A stretch of 64,000 bases of DNA, taken from NCBI GenBank assembly GCA_965207375.1, contig OZ242274.1, forward strand, positions 224,001 to 288,000. The letters run 5' to 3'. A model generated the notes under the pieces. The model saw only the letters and a program-made list of their open reading frames with translations. It was not told the origin of the DNA and searched no databases. Origin of the DNA: Nitrosopumilaceae archaeon. Its GTDB lineage: Archaea; Thermoproteota; Nitrososphaeria; Nitrososphaerales; Nitrosopumilaceae. This document shows, in pieces, positions 32,025-42,272 of the stretch; the first letter of the stretch is position 1, and each line of letters opens with the position of its first letter. Both the position numbers and the translations under genes were made by a program.

Positions 32025-32061
32025 GAAATTAACGGGGGGGTTCTAAAAATGTTGCGATTTG
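32025..32061 (-). promoter_or_regulatory. Putative promoter with C7 tract, paralogous to 9944-9982
   Basis: caacaTTTTTAGAA-C7-GTTAATTTC-ATG. Confidence 0.6.
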
Positions 32062-32605
32062 GATGCTGTCATCCACATTTTTTTCAAATCACCATCAGCC
32101 ATATTTTCGAGAGACTTGCAATGTAAACAATATATATCAATTAATGTATAAGGTATACATGAACAAGAGAGAATACAAATGGGAAGAACACCACTATAAG
32201 ATGGTAGACGAATGTGAAAAAATGTTCAAAGATGGTACCCAAGGTAAAAAAATAGATATTTAGTTTAATAGAGTTTATGCGTAATCAACCAAAATAATTT
32301 TTCCAATCAGATATCTGTGTGAGATTTGTCATAGTCTCAAGTAAAATATGCATACACAGTAAAATATGCATACACGACAAAAAATCATGCGCAGACATGT
32401 GCATTTGTAAATTACATGTATCGATTCTCCAGCATTAATTGTTGGTAAAAGTCAATATACAAATTTTCTCTGGATTGCCCGTGCCTAGATTACTGCCTGT
32501 ACCAGCAGATCAATCACACATTATCAAAGCAATCACACATTAGCAGAACATAATCTTCTCCGAGTTGTCACTGTTTCATCACACATGTAACTTTGACATT
32601 ATAGT

Positions 32606-33970
32606 TTATTGCACGTACAGTGCAGCGTTTGATATTACGGTCCTCCACTTTTGTCCGTGTATAGTTATGCCTGCAGCCTCTGCAGGCGTCCTGCCTCCAA
32701 GACTCGAGTGAGGTCGCATGAAATTGTAATAAATATCACATCCTGCAAATATTGGCGAGTTTTTACTTTTAATGCCGCGTCTGGGTCGTTGTATAGAACG
32801 TAATGTTCCATTGAATCTTTCCTGGACATTGTTGTTGTTCTTTTTGGAAATTCCTGCATTTGATATGTGTATACAATGTTGATGTATCGCGTTTGGTGCA
32901 GCATACACTGATTCAAATGCCTGTGCATATGAGGGCAGGGCATCGCTTACAAATTCTGTAGGTTTCTTTCCGGCACGAACTGCTGCAGTTTTGAGTAGAT
33001 TTTCTGCATTGTGTCCGTCCTTGCAGTCTGCAACCTCCAATGCCAGCAAAAATCGGGTATCATAATCAGTCTCTGCAAAAAGATAATTTTGTTTACCTCT
33101 TATTGAAATGTATTCCTCGTCTGCACAGAATCGATTGCCTGTATTAATTGAAAGTGACATCAGGTATCTATACGCCATTGTTACAAATTTGATTATCCAT
33201 CTGTATATCGTAGATATACACACATACACTCCCTTTTGTGCTAGCGTGTCTTGTATTGCAGTAGGTGTATGTCCTTTAAAGTAGGCATCAAGTGCATCTA
33301 GAATTGCCCATGATTCTATTCGTGCATGTTCCATGCCGCCTCTGTACCCAAAAACACGCTTGCAATTTTTGCATTGGTATCGCTGTGTAATGCCATTTTG
33401 ACGCTGTATATGACCATATTTTATGAGACGGTCGTTACCGCAACGAATACAGTGGGATGGGATTTCTATTAGACATATTTCTGTGACCTTTTCAGTGCTG
33501 TCATCTGTATCTTTGATCTGTTTGTCCTGGCAAGGCAGCTCAGACGCATCTTTGGGGTGTCCATCCATTATTGTCTCTGCCTCTCTATCTGTTACATCTG
33601 CAATTACTGCCAGGATGTGTTTGCATTGAGCTTGTCTGTATTTGTAATCTGGACAGTCACATGACCAAGAATTTTTTTTCTGTATCACGGTATATCTGAT
33701 GTTGTCCTTAGATTGGGACTGTACTGTGTAATGGTTAGGTTTGACTTTTTTTATTGCATTTTGTGTTTCTAGTATTTTCAAGGCACGGTTTCCACGCCCT
33801 TGTGCACCCTTACTCCAGGATACACGTGTACTCATCCATCTGGTAACTCGTGTCATTTTGTCAGTACTGCGCGTAAGCAGTGTAGATGTCTTGTTTCGTA
33901 TAGCCTCAAATTTTTCGTGTAGTTTAAATTTTGATCCTGTACATGGTTTTTGATGTGTTTGTCCCATCAT
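32606..33970 (-). CDS. SWIM zinc finger + Zn ribbon + IS6-like DDE transposase/integrase
   Basis: CDCPD..CKH, CIRC..QRYQCKNC, ADEEY, SDAL.SY, NNVQERFNG, RPHSSLGGRTPAEAAG motifs. Confidence 0.88.
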   Translation of the reverse strand: MMGQTHQKPCTGSKFKLHEKFEAIRNKTSTLLTRSTDKMTRVTRWMSTRVSWSKGAQGRGNRALKILETQNAIKKVKPNHYTVQSQSKDNIRYTVIQKKNSWSCDCPDYKYRQAQCKHILAVIADVTDREAETIMDGHPKDASELPCQDKQIKDTDDSTEKVTEICLIEIPSHCIRCGNDRLIKYGHIQRQNGITQRYQCKNCKRVFGYRGGMEHARIESWAILDALDAYFKGHTPTAIQDTLAQKGVYVCISTIYRWIIKFVTMAYRYLMSLSINTGNRFCADEEYISIRGKQNYLFAETDYDTRFLLALEVADCKDGHNAENLLKTAAVRAGKKPTEFVSDALPSYAQAFESVYAAPNAIHQHCIHISNAGISKKNNNNVQERFNGTLRSIQRPRRGIKSKNSPIFAGCDIYYNFMRPHSSLGGRTPAEAAGITIHGQKWRTVISNAALYVQ

Positions 33971-34191
33971 TGTGGTAATCGATGGGACTACATGTCGTGT
34001 GTATTTGGATCATGTGGGTTAACAAATTTTGAAAAAATGGTTAAATTTTTGATCTCTTTTACCTGCACAAGAACAAACTATGTAACAATTGAAGAAATTT
34101 TAGGCACGGGCAATTCGGAGAAAATTTGCATATTGACTTTGACCAACAGATAACGCTGGAGAATCCATGTATCGATTTGAATATAGTATTG

Positions 34192-35379
34192 TTATTTACT
34201 GTCCAGTATCTTGTCTTTCCAGTAATGATATGTGCCGTCTGCCCACATCTTGCGCTTGTTGTACATGCCACAGATACCGTTGAATTCAACATTGAACTCT
34301 TCTGCAGTGCCATCATATCGTCCCGCTATACGCTTCCAGTTTTTCACATGTGCAAAGACGTGTTCTACTGGTACACGCCTCTTAGAGTGTGCCTTGTTGA
34401 ATGCCTTTTGTGTTGAGGTAAGCTCACCGCCCTTTGGCTTTTTGTATGGTAATTTTGCAGTTATTCCAGCAAGATATTGTTCAATTCCGATATATCCTCC
34501 ATCTGCATTGAGTCTTATGCGATGTGCATCAGGTACATCTTTGTCACCTGTCATATAGTCAAGCCACTTGCCAAAGTCTGGTAGTCCCTCAGTCAATACC
34601 TTAAGATCATGACAGCTTCCCTCTCTAGAATCACTTATTCCAACAATGTACCTGTCTTTGTTTATCAGCATAGCAGTGCTGATGGCAAATGTCTTTTTCT
34701 TGCCAGAGTACTGTTTCTTTCGCTCATCTTTGTCTGCGGGCCGTGCCTTTGCAACTAGTGTGCCATCTACGGTCAACTCACCACCGTCTTTTCCAGGTAC
34801 TATTTCCTTGAATTTCTTTTTGGATTTTATAGTGGCGATATAATCTGTAATGTTGTTTGGTGTAACAATATACAGCTCGTCATTGTGTAGATTTGCAAAC
34901 TTTAGGTATCTTGAGACCGTACCTTGGTCTATTCCAAAAAATGCCCCAAGTGCTGCCTGCGTCAGGTTTTGAGCCTTGCGTATCATATCCATGAGAAGAA
35001 AGTGTCGGACATACAGATTGCACTGGTTTCCAGGATCTTCATTTCTGTCTGTATCGTCTCGAAAATGTGGTGCATCTTTGGATTTTTTGATGATGTTTAG
35101 TAAATCTTTTAGCGTATCATCAAATAGCTTTTTGGTGTTACGTGTAAGTGCATACAGCAGATCACCATTTGCAATGATATAATCTAGTGTTTCATGTATG
35201 TGAAGCAACTTTGCAGGCTGTACAGATGTGTGTCTGTTTTTTCCAAGTTCGGTACCCCACAGCGAGTCTTCTCGAGCAAGTTGCATCTTTAACTTTGAAT
35301 TCTCTTTATGTAGCTTTGATTTTTCTCTTTCAATCTTTTTGAGTTTTGTTTCTAGCTCTGCTTGTGTCTGTTTTTTCAC
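34192..35379 (-). CDS. IS5-family (DDE_Tnp_4/HTH_Tnp_4-like) transposase
   Basis: VDGT, YSGKKK, HD, ADGGY.G, RVPVEH motifs. Confidence 0.92.
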   Translation of the reverse strand: MKKQTQAELETKLKKIEREKSKLHKENSKLKMQLAREDSLWGTELGKNRHTSVQPAKLLHIHETLDYIIANGDLLYALTRNTKKLFDDTLKDLLNIIKKSKDAPHFRDDTDRNEDPGNQCNLYVRHFLLMDMIRKAQNLTQAALGAFFGIDQGTVSRYLKFANLHNDELYIVTPNNITDYIATIKSKKKFKEIVPGKDGGELTVDGTLVAKARPADKDERKKQYSGKKKTFAISTAMLINKDRYIVGISDSREGSCHDLKVLTEGLPDFGKWLDYMTGDKDVPDAHRIRLNADGGYIGIEQYLAGITAKLPYKKPKGGELTSTQKAFNKAHSKRRVPVEHVFAHVKNWKRIAGRYDGTAEEFNVEFNGICGMYNKRKMWADGTYHYWKDKILDSK

Positions 35380-35838
35380 AGATCCTTCTCATAAAGAGAT
35401 AATTTAATCACGCATGTCTAAATTATTCATGTTTTGAGATAATTTACTAAAATTTTGTGACTAGCATTTTTTAAAAACGGTGATTACGCATAATCTCTAA
35501 TGTATTTTTAGTTATTTTATGATATTCTGGAAATGTATAACTACATTTAACACTAATTTTAACAAAAAATATGACTACCTTTCAGATCCATCAATAGACC
35601 TTATACAACACTTAAGAGAAAATTATAACATATGATGTTCCGACAAACCATGAGGATTATGTTCCATGTGAACATATTGAGAAGAGTAAAAATTACCTGT
35701 TATTCATACTTGGTAGCAGAGTGGAAGTTTTAATCAAACCTGATTATACAAGTAGGGAGTTATGCTTTATGGATTGTAACGACTTGTAATATTACAACAC
35801 ATCTCAATAATTCTTCTATATTAGAGAATCTCCTGCGT

Positions 35839-37137
35839 CAGTTAACTCATCAGCAACGCAGAATCCGCTTCAATATCCGGCGGAGGCTTTGGATTGATCT
35901 GAGATTCGAACAACATTGTAATTTTAAACTCAAGTGTGACAAATGAAATTCCACACCATTTAGTGTCATACAATCCAAAACCAGATTCTGCATTAATTAC
36001 AACCCATTGATTATACAGTATAATTGATGCTGTAAAACACAGTAATCTTGCACATGGACGAGTGCTACGGGTTTTGACTCGAAGATCTTCAATCATGCGG
36101 TACCCTGTTTCAACTCCCCATCTTTTCATGTATGCTGCAACGTCTAGTTCGTTTGAATTACATGCAAATCCAATATATTTTTCACTTGGCTTTTCTGGCT
36201 TGCAATCCTGACATGACGTGCCGTGTTTACATTTGCGTGATGTCCTCTTTACTATCATCATGACATATTTTACAGCCTTGTTATGATTCTCAAGTATGCA
36301 TTCAGATTTTTCATCACGAATCTTTGCGTCAAACTCGTCAAATGCTGCTACCACATTGTGCGTGTTTTTACATGGAGTCATGTAGGTCTGCTTTGCCTTA
36401 TCCATTGCATCTAGTGTTTCGACTGCAAAAAACTCTCTGTCCATCAAAACACATTTGATCGGAATGCCAAAACTTTGGTATTTATCCACGATTTTACGCA
36501 CAAAATCAGCAGTTGACTCTCCTGCATCGATTGGATATGCATCTAGAGTCATTCTGAGTCCTGGGTCAACGCACTGTGCTGTGATGTATCCTTCAAACTG
36601 CCATGTACCTTTTTTGCTTTTGGAACGTAACAGTTCGGGGCCTGGGTTTTTATCGTATCTTGGTATGAGGTGTTTGTCAAATGCCATTGTAATTGGAGTG
36701 TTGTCATTCTTGAGTTTTTTGAGTTGATTTAGTTGATATTCTATTATCTCATCAAATGCATTTTGTACAGTTTCTGGGTCTGCACGTGCAAATGCCTTTC
36801 TTACCCATTCATCCCCTCCAGATGTACCTGTTGCTTTTCTCTTGCCTTCTGCATATCCTCCTGCTGATGCAGTCAAAGCGGCAGCTCCAGTCATTATCTT
36901 TGTCATATCTGATGCATCATGTTCTTTGGTGTCACTGTCTGATATGATACCGCACAGTTCTATGAACTTCTTCAAAGGTGCTGCGATATTTTGATATGTG
37001 AGTGGATTATCCATTATAATGTCAGCCTCTTTTGTTTTTGTTGCATATCAAATCTTCAGAGGCAGGCCTTATTGATCTGTTTCGGTTTACTTTTTTTGAC
37101 GAATATCGTTACTTGTTATCTGCTGGTGGGTTAACTG
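35839..37137 (-). mobile_element. ISH3-like insertion sequence
   Basis: Inverted ends CAGTTAAC(T/C)CA(T/C)CAGCA (15/17); no clear TSD. Confidence 0.75.
35842..37014 (-). CDS. ISH3-like (IS4 superfamily) DDE transposase
   Basis: AFDKH.IP.Y, LMDREF, Y.KRWGVETGYR motifs. Confidence 0.88.
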   Translation of the reverse strand: MDNPLTYQNIAAPLKKFIELCGIISDSDTKEHDASDMTKIMTGAAALTASAGGYAEGKRKATGTSGGDEWVRKAFARADPETVQNAFDEIIEYQLNQLKKLKNDNTPITMAFDKHLIPRYDKNPGPELLRSKSKKGTWQFEGYITAQCVDPGLRMTLDAYPIDAGESTADFVRKIVDKYQSFGIPIKCVLMDREFFAVETLDAMDKAKQTYMTPCKNTHNVVAAFDEFDAKIRDEKSECILENHNKAVKYVMMIVKRTSRKCKHGTSCQDCKPEKPSEKYIGFACNSNELDVAAYMKRWGVETGYRMIEDLRVKTRSTRPCARLLCFTASIILYNQWVVINAESGFGLYDTKWCGISFVTLEFKITMLFESQINPKPPPDIEADSALLMS

Positions 37138-37334
37138 AAGTCAATTGTTTTTTACCCTAGATAGTAGCACAACTCTACCTAAACTAGTATGATAAATTTC
37201 GTACCTAAAATTTGGGTTATGCTACTCCAATATGAAAAATCCCTTGGCTACGTGTCTGATTCTGTACAGTGTGCATTTGCAGATCAGAATATCTTTTGCT
37301 AGCTAGTCTAGTCTTTTATGCTTTCTTTATGTCA

Positions 37335-37613
37335 TTACTGTGTCCATCTGTAATAATTGGCTTCTGCTTGTGCTCTACCTATTCCTTTATACTCTTCCAT
37401 CTCGTGTTGAATCCATCTTTCTTTTTCATAGTTCTCATGCCATATCCAATAATGTTCATCTAGTGGTTTGATCAAACCTTCCTTTACTGCCTGATCCCAT
37501 GCTTCTTGTGTATCAAACCATCCCCAACTATCCATGTCAGCAATTATGTCGCCTTTTGGTCTGGTTGATTTTCCAAGTGTTATTTTTATGAATTGTTTAG
37601 TTTCAGGGTCCAT
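37335..37613 (-). CDS. Trp-rich hypothetical protein
   Basis: 92-aa ORF with protein-like composition; no recognised motif. Confidence 0.55.
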   Translation of the reverse strand: MDPETKQFIKITLGKSTRPKGDIIADMDSWGWFDTQEAWDQAVKEGLIKPLDEHYWIWHENYEKERWIQHEMEEYKGIGRAQAEANYYRWTQ

Positions 37614-37726
37614 TATTCAAACACCATGTCAATACATCTTGTTTCTATATATCATCATCGGAAGTATGGCTTTAGGATAGGTTCGGTTCAAATCCAACTT
37701 CTGTTATTTAATTTCTATACAAAATA

Positions 37727-37827
37727 CAGCTAAATGAAATGTGTACAAAATAGGCCAAAACTTATTCCAAAATGCAAAGAGAACAACAGGGGCGGGATAG
37801 GAATTTGAACGACATTTCGCTTAGCTG
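37727..37827. mobile_element. MITE, copy 1 (101 bp)
   Basis: Ends CAGCTAAATGAAATGT / ACATTTCGCTTAGCTG; ATA on both flanks. Confidence 0.8.
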
Positions 37828-38145
37828 ATAAGGCCGTAAAACACAAGGATCGTCACCATAAAATCATCATGTAATAGAGGAATCTGTAATTATTTTTTTT
37901 ATGCATAGTAATTTGAAAAAAGAATGGAACCCAAATTCCTGAAAAAAAGAGCCTGCATGCCCATATCTTGGGCCAAATTGGACAGGAATGTGCCTGCTTA
38001 GTTGCATTTTTGTCATATTTGGTAACGTATGGGATCAATGAAATTAGAACTTGCGATACAAAAGATTGACGTGCCTAGAAGCAATTATGATACAACAGCT
38101 AAAGGCACATCAAGATACACTTGATAATGCCATATTTAACTGCCC

Positions 38146-39255
38146 ATGTTGGGAGGACGATATTTTATGAAGCCATCCTCAGGGGTAAAGAGAGGAATAG
38201 AGTTTCTCAAAGGTACCACTACGTCTGAGATGGAACATCGCCTAAAGGCAGAGCACTCAGGCAAGTCGCGTGAGCGGCTACAGGCAGCACTGCTGCGCAG
38301 ACAGGGCCTAGATCTAGAATCTATACGTAAAATTCTAGGACGAGGTAAGGGCAGCATCTCAAGATGGCTCAACAGGATGCAAAAAGAAGGACCTGATGCG
38401 ATACTTGACGGCAAGAGTACCGGAAGACCCTGCAAGCTCTCAAAGGTACAACAGGAGGCAGTCAGAATATCTCTTGCCCAGGATCCAATGTGCAGCGGTT
38501 TTGAGCGCTCAAACTGGACTGCTAGACTGCTTGGAGTACACATTGAGAACAATTATGGTACACAATACAGTGCATCAGGAGCTCTTGCACTTGCGTATGG
38601 CATGGGTTATTCCATCAGAGTGCCTAGATCCGTACCATACAATACACCTGACAAGGAGACAATTGACAAATACGTGTCAAACACCATACAAGCAATTACG
38701 TCACATGCATCTGCTGATTATGCCATATGTTGTTTGGATGCTGTAGGATTTGCCGACTCGCCGTTTTCTGCTCGTGGGATTCGTCTCATAGGTGGACATG
38801 AAACTGTAAAGTCTAACTTTAAGACTGCTACCACAAAGGCAATAGGCGCACTCGGTCAAGACGGACTAGTCTTGGATTTTTATGACGACGTTGGATCTGA
38901 TAGTGTCATAGATTTACTTGAACAGATACGTAAAAAGCATGGCAGAGTCTTTGTGATATGTGATAATGCAAGTGGCCACAAATCCAAAAAGATCAAAGAG
39001 TATTTGGAAAAGGCATGCGGCGATGTTGTCCTGTGGTACCTTCCACCGTACACCCCACAGCACAATCCAATAGAGATGATGTGGCGTGAGATCAAACGGG
39101 CCATTGCAGGAAGATACTTTGGCAGCTTTGAAAAAATGCATGATACCATAAAACAACTCATAAAATCAGGCGAGGTGGCAACTGTAAAGCTGTTCAAATA
39201 CATGCTTGATGCAATAGATCAGGCCAAAAACGTCCTTCAGACATCTGTAATCTGA
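38146..39255 (+). CDS. IS630-family transposase
   Basis: HTH, GRP.KL, WT, CDNASGH, LPPYTPQHNPIE motifs. Confidence 0.92.
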   Translation: MLGGRYFMKPSSGVKRGIEFLKGTTTSEMEHRLKAEHSGKSRERLQAALLRRQGLDLESIRKILGRGKGSISRWLNRMQKEGPDAILDGKSTGRPCKLSKVQQEAVRISLAQDPMCSGFERSNWTARLLGVHIENNYGTQYSASGALALAYGMGYSIRVPRSVPYNTPDKETIDKYVSNTIQAITSHASADYAICCLDAVGFADSPFSARGIRLIGGHETVKSNFKTATTKAIGALGQDGLVLDFYDDVGSDSVIDLLEQIRKKHGRVFVICDNASGHKSKKIKEYLEKACGDVVLWYLPPYTPQHNPIEMMWREIKRAIAGRYFGSFEKMHDTIKQLIKSGEVATVKLFKYMLDAIDQAKNVLQTSVI

Positions 39256-39501
39256 AAAACATATCAGGATTTCAAGGGTTGTCTTTTCAGGGTAACCTAA
39301 GCTCAAAACTGCACCAATATACCAAAACATGCCACAACATGTTTGATTTTATGAATTTGCCCATATTCTGTCATGATTTTGCGTTTTACCTGTGGCTGAA
39401 ATCTAATAGCACAGGCTACAGCCAGAAAGCGTTCCATTCTTTTTTGCGATTACTATGCACATCTGATGATATTCAGAAAACATATTTGCATCAAATTAAA
39501 A

Positions 39502-39690
39502 TCAGTCTAAAATATGTTCCAAATCTTTTGTAGTGGTTTTGGTGTCCTTATCTACAATATCTACAGTGATTTTTGGCTCTATCATATACGAAAGTGGGTT
39601 TTCTTTACAATCATAAATATCATCAATAACCTCGTCCACACTATCTGTATGGCTTTCTTGTCTTAAATTAGTTTTTACATCAGACCCCAT
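39502..39690 (-). CDS. Small acidic hypothetical protein
   Basis: 62-aa ORF overlapping the stop of the upstream gene. Confidence 0.45.
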   Translation of the reverse strand: MGSDVKTNLRQESHTDSVDEVIDDIYDCKENPLSYMIEPKITVDIVDKDTKTTTKDLEHILD

Positions 39691-40595
39691 ATTAAAAGCA
39701 CCATTCCTAAAACAATAGGAATCAAATATAATTTAAATTGATTTCGTCTGATAGAATCACGTGTGGTAAGTTGAGGCAATACTAGAGAACCTCCTATCAT
39801 AAAAAGTGCAATAGATACTTGACTACTCATTATAGATTCTATTCTGACCCATTCCGTAATGTGTAATAATAAGACTGCGCAAAAAATCAAAGATAACACT
39901 CCTACTCCAAGTTTAGTAGAAAATGTAGTCTCAGAAGATGGTTTAAAGGAGTATAGTATAGCAAGATCATTATCAAGTTTGGCAGATATTCTAAAAACTG
40001 ACGCATTGTATGTACGAAATTGTTCTACATGTTTGGGACGTTTGGCAGTTGTAGCAATCCCATTGTTTTCTAACAATGCATAAGACGTTTGCTTAAAGTC
40101 ATAATCTTCTGGGGCATATAGAGAATAATATGAGGGATATTTTTGCGTTTTAACATTTAGTCGAAGTGTTGAACCGACCATATTATAATTTGGTGAATAA
40201 TGCAATATGATAGTTCTAACCTCATTTCTGGTTAATGCAGTGATTTTCGGTATTTTAACCCAAATTAGATTTAGGTGTCCCGAATCAATTTGTTTAATGA
40301 TATGTGTTAGTTTTTGTACGTCTTTCTTCGAACTCTTTTCTAGAAAAGAGTACAATAATTGTTTAACATATTTCGTCGGCATTATGGGCAATGTGTTATT
40401 TTTTTCATCAGTTACCAACAAGTTCGGCAAAATATTTTTTGAAATAAAGATCAAGTTGGTTAAGTTATCCCGTTTTGATCTAATTGTATATTCACTAGTA
40501 ATGCTTCTTTGTGCTTGACTGTCATGTGATATGAATAATCTCTGACGTAATATTTCCATTATTTGATTATTGTTAAAAATAGAATCATCACTCAT
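39675..40595 (-). CDS. Hypothetical protein with C-terminal TM helices
   Basis: 306 aa, AT-rich, about 3 terminal hydrophobic segments. Confidence 0.7.
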   Translation of the reverse strand: MSDDSIFNNNQIMEILRQRLFISHDSQAQRSITSEYTIRSKRDNLTNLIFISKNILPNLLVTDEKNNTLPIMPTKYVKQLLYSFLEKSSKKDVQKLTHIIKQIDSGHLNLIWVKIPKITALTRNEVRTIILHYSPNYNMVGSTLRLNVKTQKYPSYYSLYAPEDYDFKQTSYALLENNGIATTAKRPKHVEQFRTYNASVFRISAKLDNDLAILYSFKPSSETTFSTKLGVGVLSLIFCAVLLLHITEWVRIESIMSSQVSIALFMIGGSLVLPQLTTRDSIRRNQFKLYLIPIVLGMVLLIWGLM

Positions 40596-40690
40596 ACAAA
40601 AAAACCACTAATGTTATTTGTTTTAATTCTATTAGATTTACTCATAATATTTTTGGTAAAAAAATAACTTATTATGGATTGCGATCTATT

Positions 40691-40791
40691 CATCTAAGCG
40701 AAATGTGAGCCAAATTCTTAACCTACCCCTGTTGTTCTCTTTGGATTCTGGGATATATTTTGGTCTATTTTGTACACATTTCGCTTAGCTG
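40691..40791. mobile_element. MITE, copy 2 (101 bp), inverted relative to copy 1
   Basis: Reverse complement aligns end to end with 37727-37827. Confidence 0.8.
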
Positions 40792-41201
40792 TTGTTTTAG
40801 TTAGTATTATAGATTCGCTCTATTTCCTTGATCGGGATGCATATGATTACCAGACCTATCCTCTTACTGTACGAGTATCAATTCATAAAATTACTCATCT
40901 TCCAGAAAGGTGATTCATAATTAGAAAACCGCTTCTAACAAAAGCAAAAATCCATGACTAGATCTAATTACGAACCATGTATAGCTAAAGCATTATTTTT
41001 CTGCACTAATTTACAAGTAAACAAAATAACAAAATTCTGCCATACAAAAAGTAGATTCACAATTGTATTGGAATGTCTTTGCCGATCACATGTTTTGTAT
41101 AAGTACAAACAGACGTACAGCATCAGATCGAATTTATGAAATGATCCGTATCAATTAGATGATACCATTTTGTTATCTGCGTAACTTGTTACTAAAACAG
41201 A

Positions 41202-41910
41202 TCAGCGTGATGTACGCTTGCGTCTTGCATGTATGATACATGCTTCTGCAGCATCATCTAGACGCTTGAATAATTTTTTGTAAATGTTTGTTGGATAGTT
41301 ATTGTGACGCAGTGCCTTGTATAGACCTGCCTTGAATTCGGTGATATTTTGATATACGGTATTACTTATCTCAGATTTTGTAACACCCCACTTACCCTCT
41401 ATGTCATTCATGTGGGGAGAGCCAGTGGGCAGATATATTGGCACTGTTTCTGGATTTTTCTTAAACCATTTTTTTACCTTTTTGGATTTGTGATATGATG
41501 CTTTATCCATCACAATTACTGTGGGTCCCATTGTCCGTTGCATATCTCGTAAAAATTCTATAAACGTAGGTGAATTAAATTTAGGTTTTATACGAAACAT
41601 AAATCGTCCGTCTTCTACCATGGCACCAATTATAGGCACTTTTTGCTTTGTACCGGTGTATGTGGCATACAGTCTCGTACCGCGTTTGCAATATCCATAT
41701 CTGGATTCAGAATCAATTTCAACTGATGCCTCATCTAGGGCAACAAGTTTGTAGCCCTGTTTCTGCAGTTTTCTAATCTTTGGAAGATTCTTTTTACGCC
41801 AGATGTCTGCTTCCTCGTTTGTAGCTGCACGTACATGAACCGGCATAATTTTTTTGAAGGTATGGCCGTTTTTGGCCAATATCCTTCGTATTCCTGATTT
41901 GCTGTATCTT
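41202..41910 (-). pseudogene. IS630-family transposase, N-terminally truncated
   Basis: LDEAS, MDKASYH, LPTGSPHMNDIE motifs; HTH part missing. Confidence 0.8.
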
Positions 41911-42272
41911 TGGATGCCTTTATTGAATTAGATACATAACTCTAGGGGATTTTTAAGAGTCGATCCTAAAAGACCCCATGTTGATGTATTGTATAATCCG
42001 CCTTTAAGATCCAACATAAGCAGTATGTGGGGGGATTTTTTTTTCATAGAATGTTTGTTACCTGCAATCTAATTTTCATATTGTATAATGAATTACAATA
42101 TTTTGTAAATTTAAGCCTTCTTTTGCATAATTTTATATCATTTTTTGTCCATAATTGTAAATATATGCATATAGATTTAATATAATAACACTAAATTTTC
42201 AACCTTAAAAAATTAAGTAATACTAAACTTGATATTAGGATTTTTTATGTACATTTTGGAGCAAAATTTCTC

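Larger units (their letters stand above)
32270..35498 (-). mobile_element. IS5-like transposon with passenger gene, 3229 bp
   Basis: 18-bp inverted ends AGAG(T/A)TTATGCGTAATCA (17/18 identical); AAT on both flanks. Confidence 0.8.

Noticed and set aside
37681-37698. T-arm-like GGTTCAAATCC as a tRNA or att remnant
   Set aside because: No acceptor stem or other arms; too short to support
40846-40864. Possible right end matching the 37876 IS5-type end
   Set aside because: Needs gaps to align and has no TSD
41945-41977. Imperfect hairpin as an IS200/IS605 end
   Set aside because: Weak pairing and no tnpA/tnpB nearby
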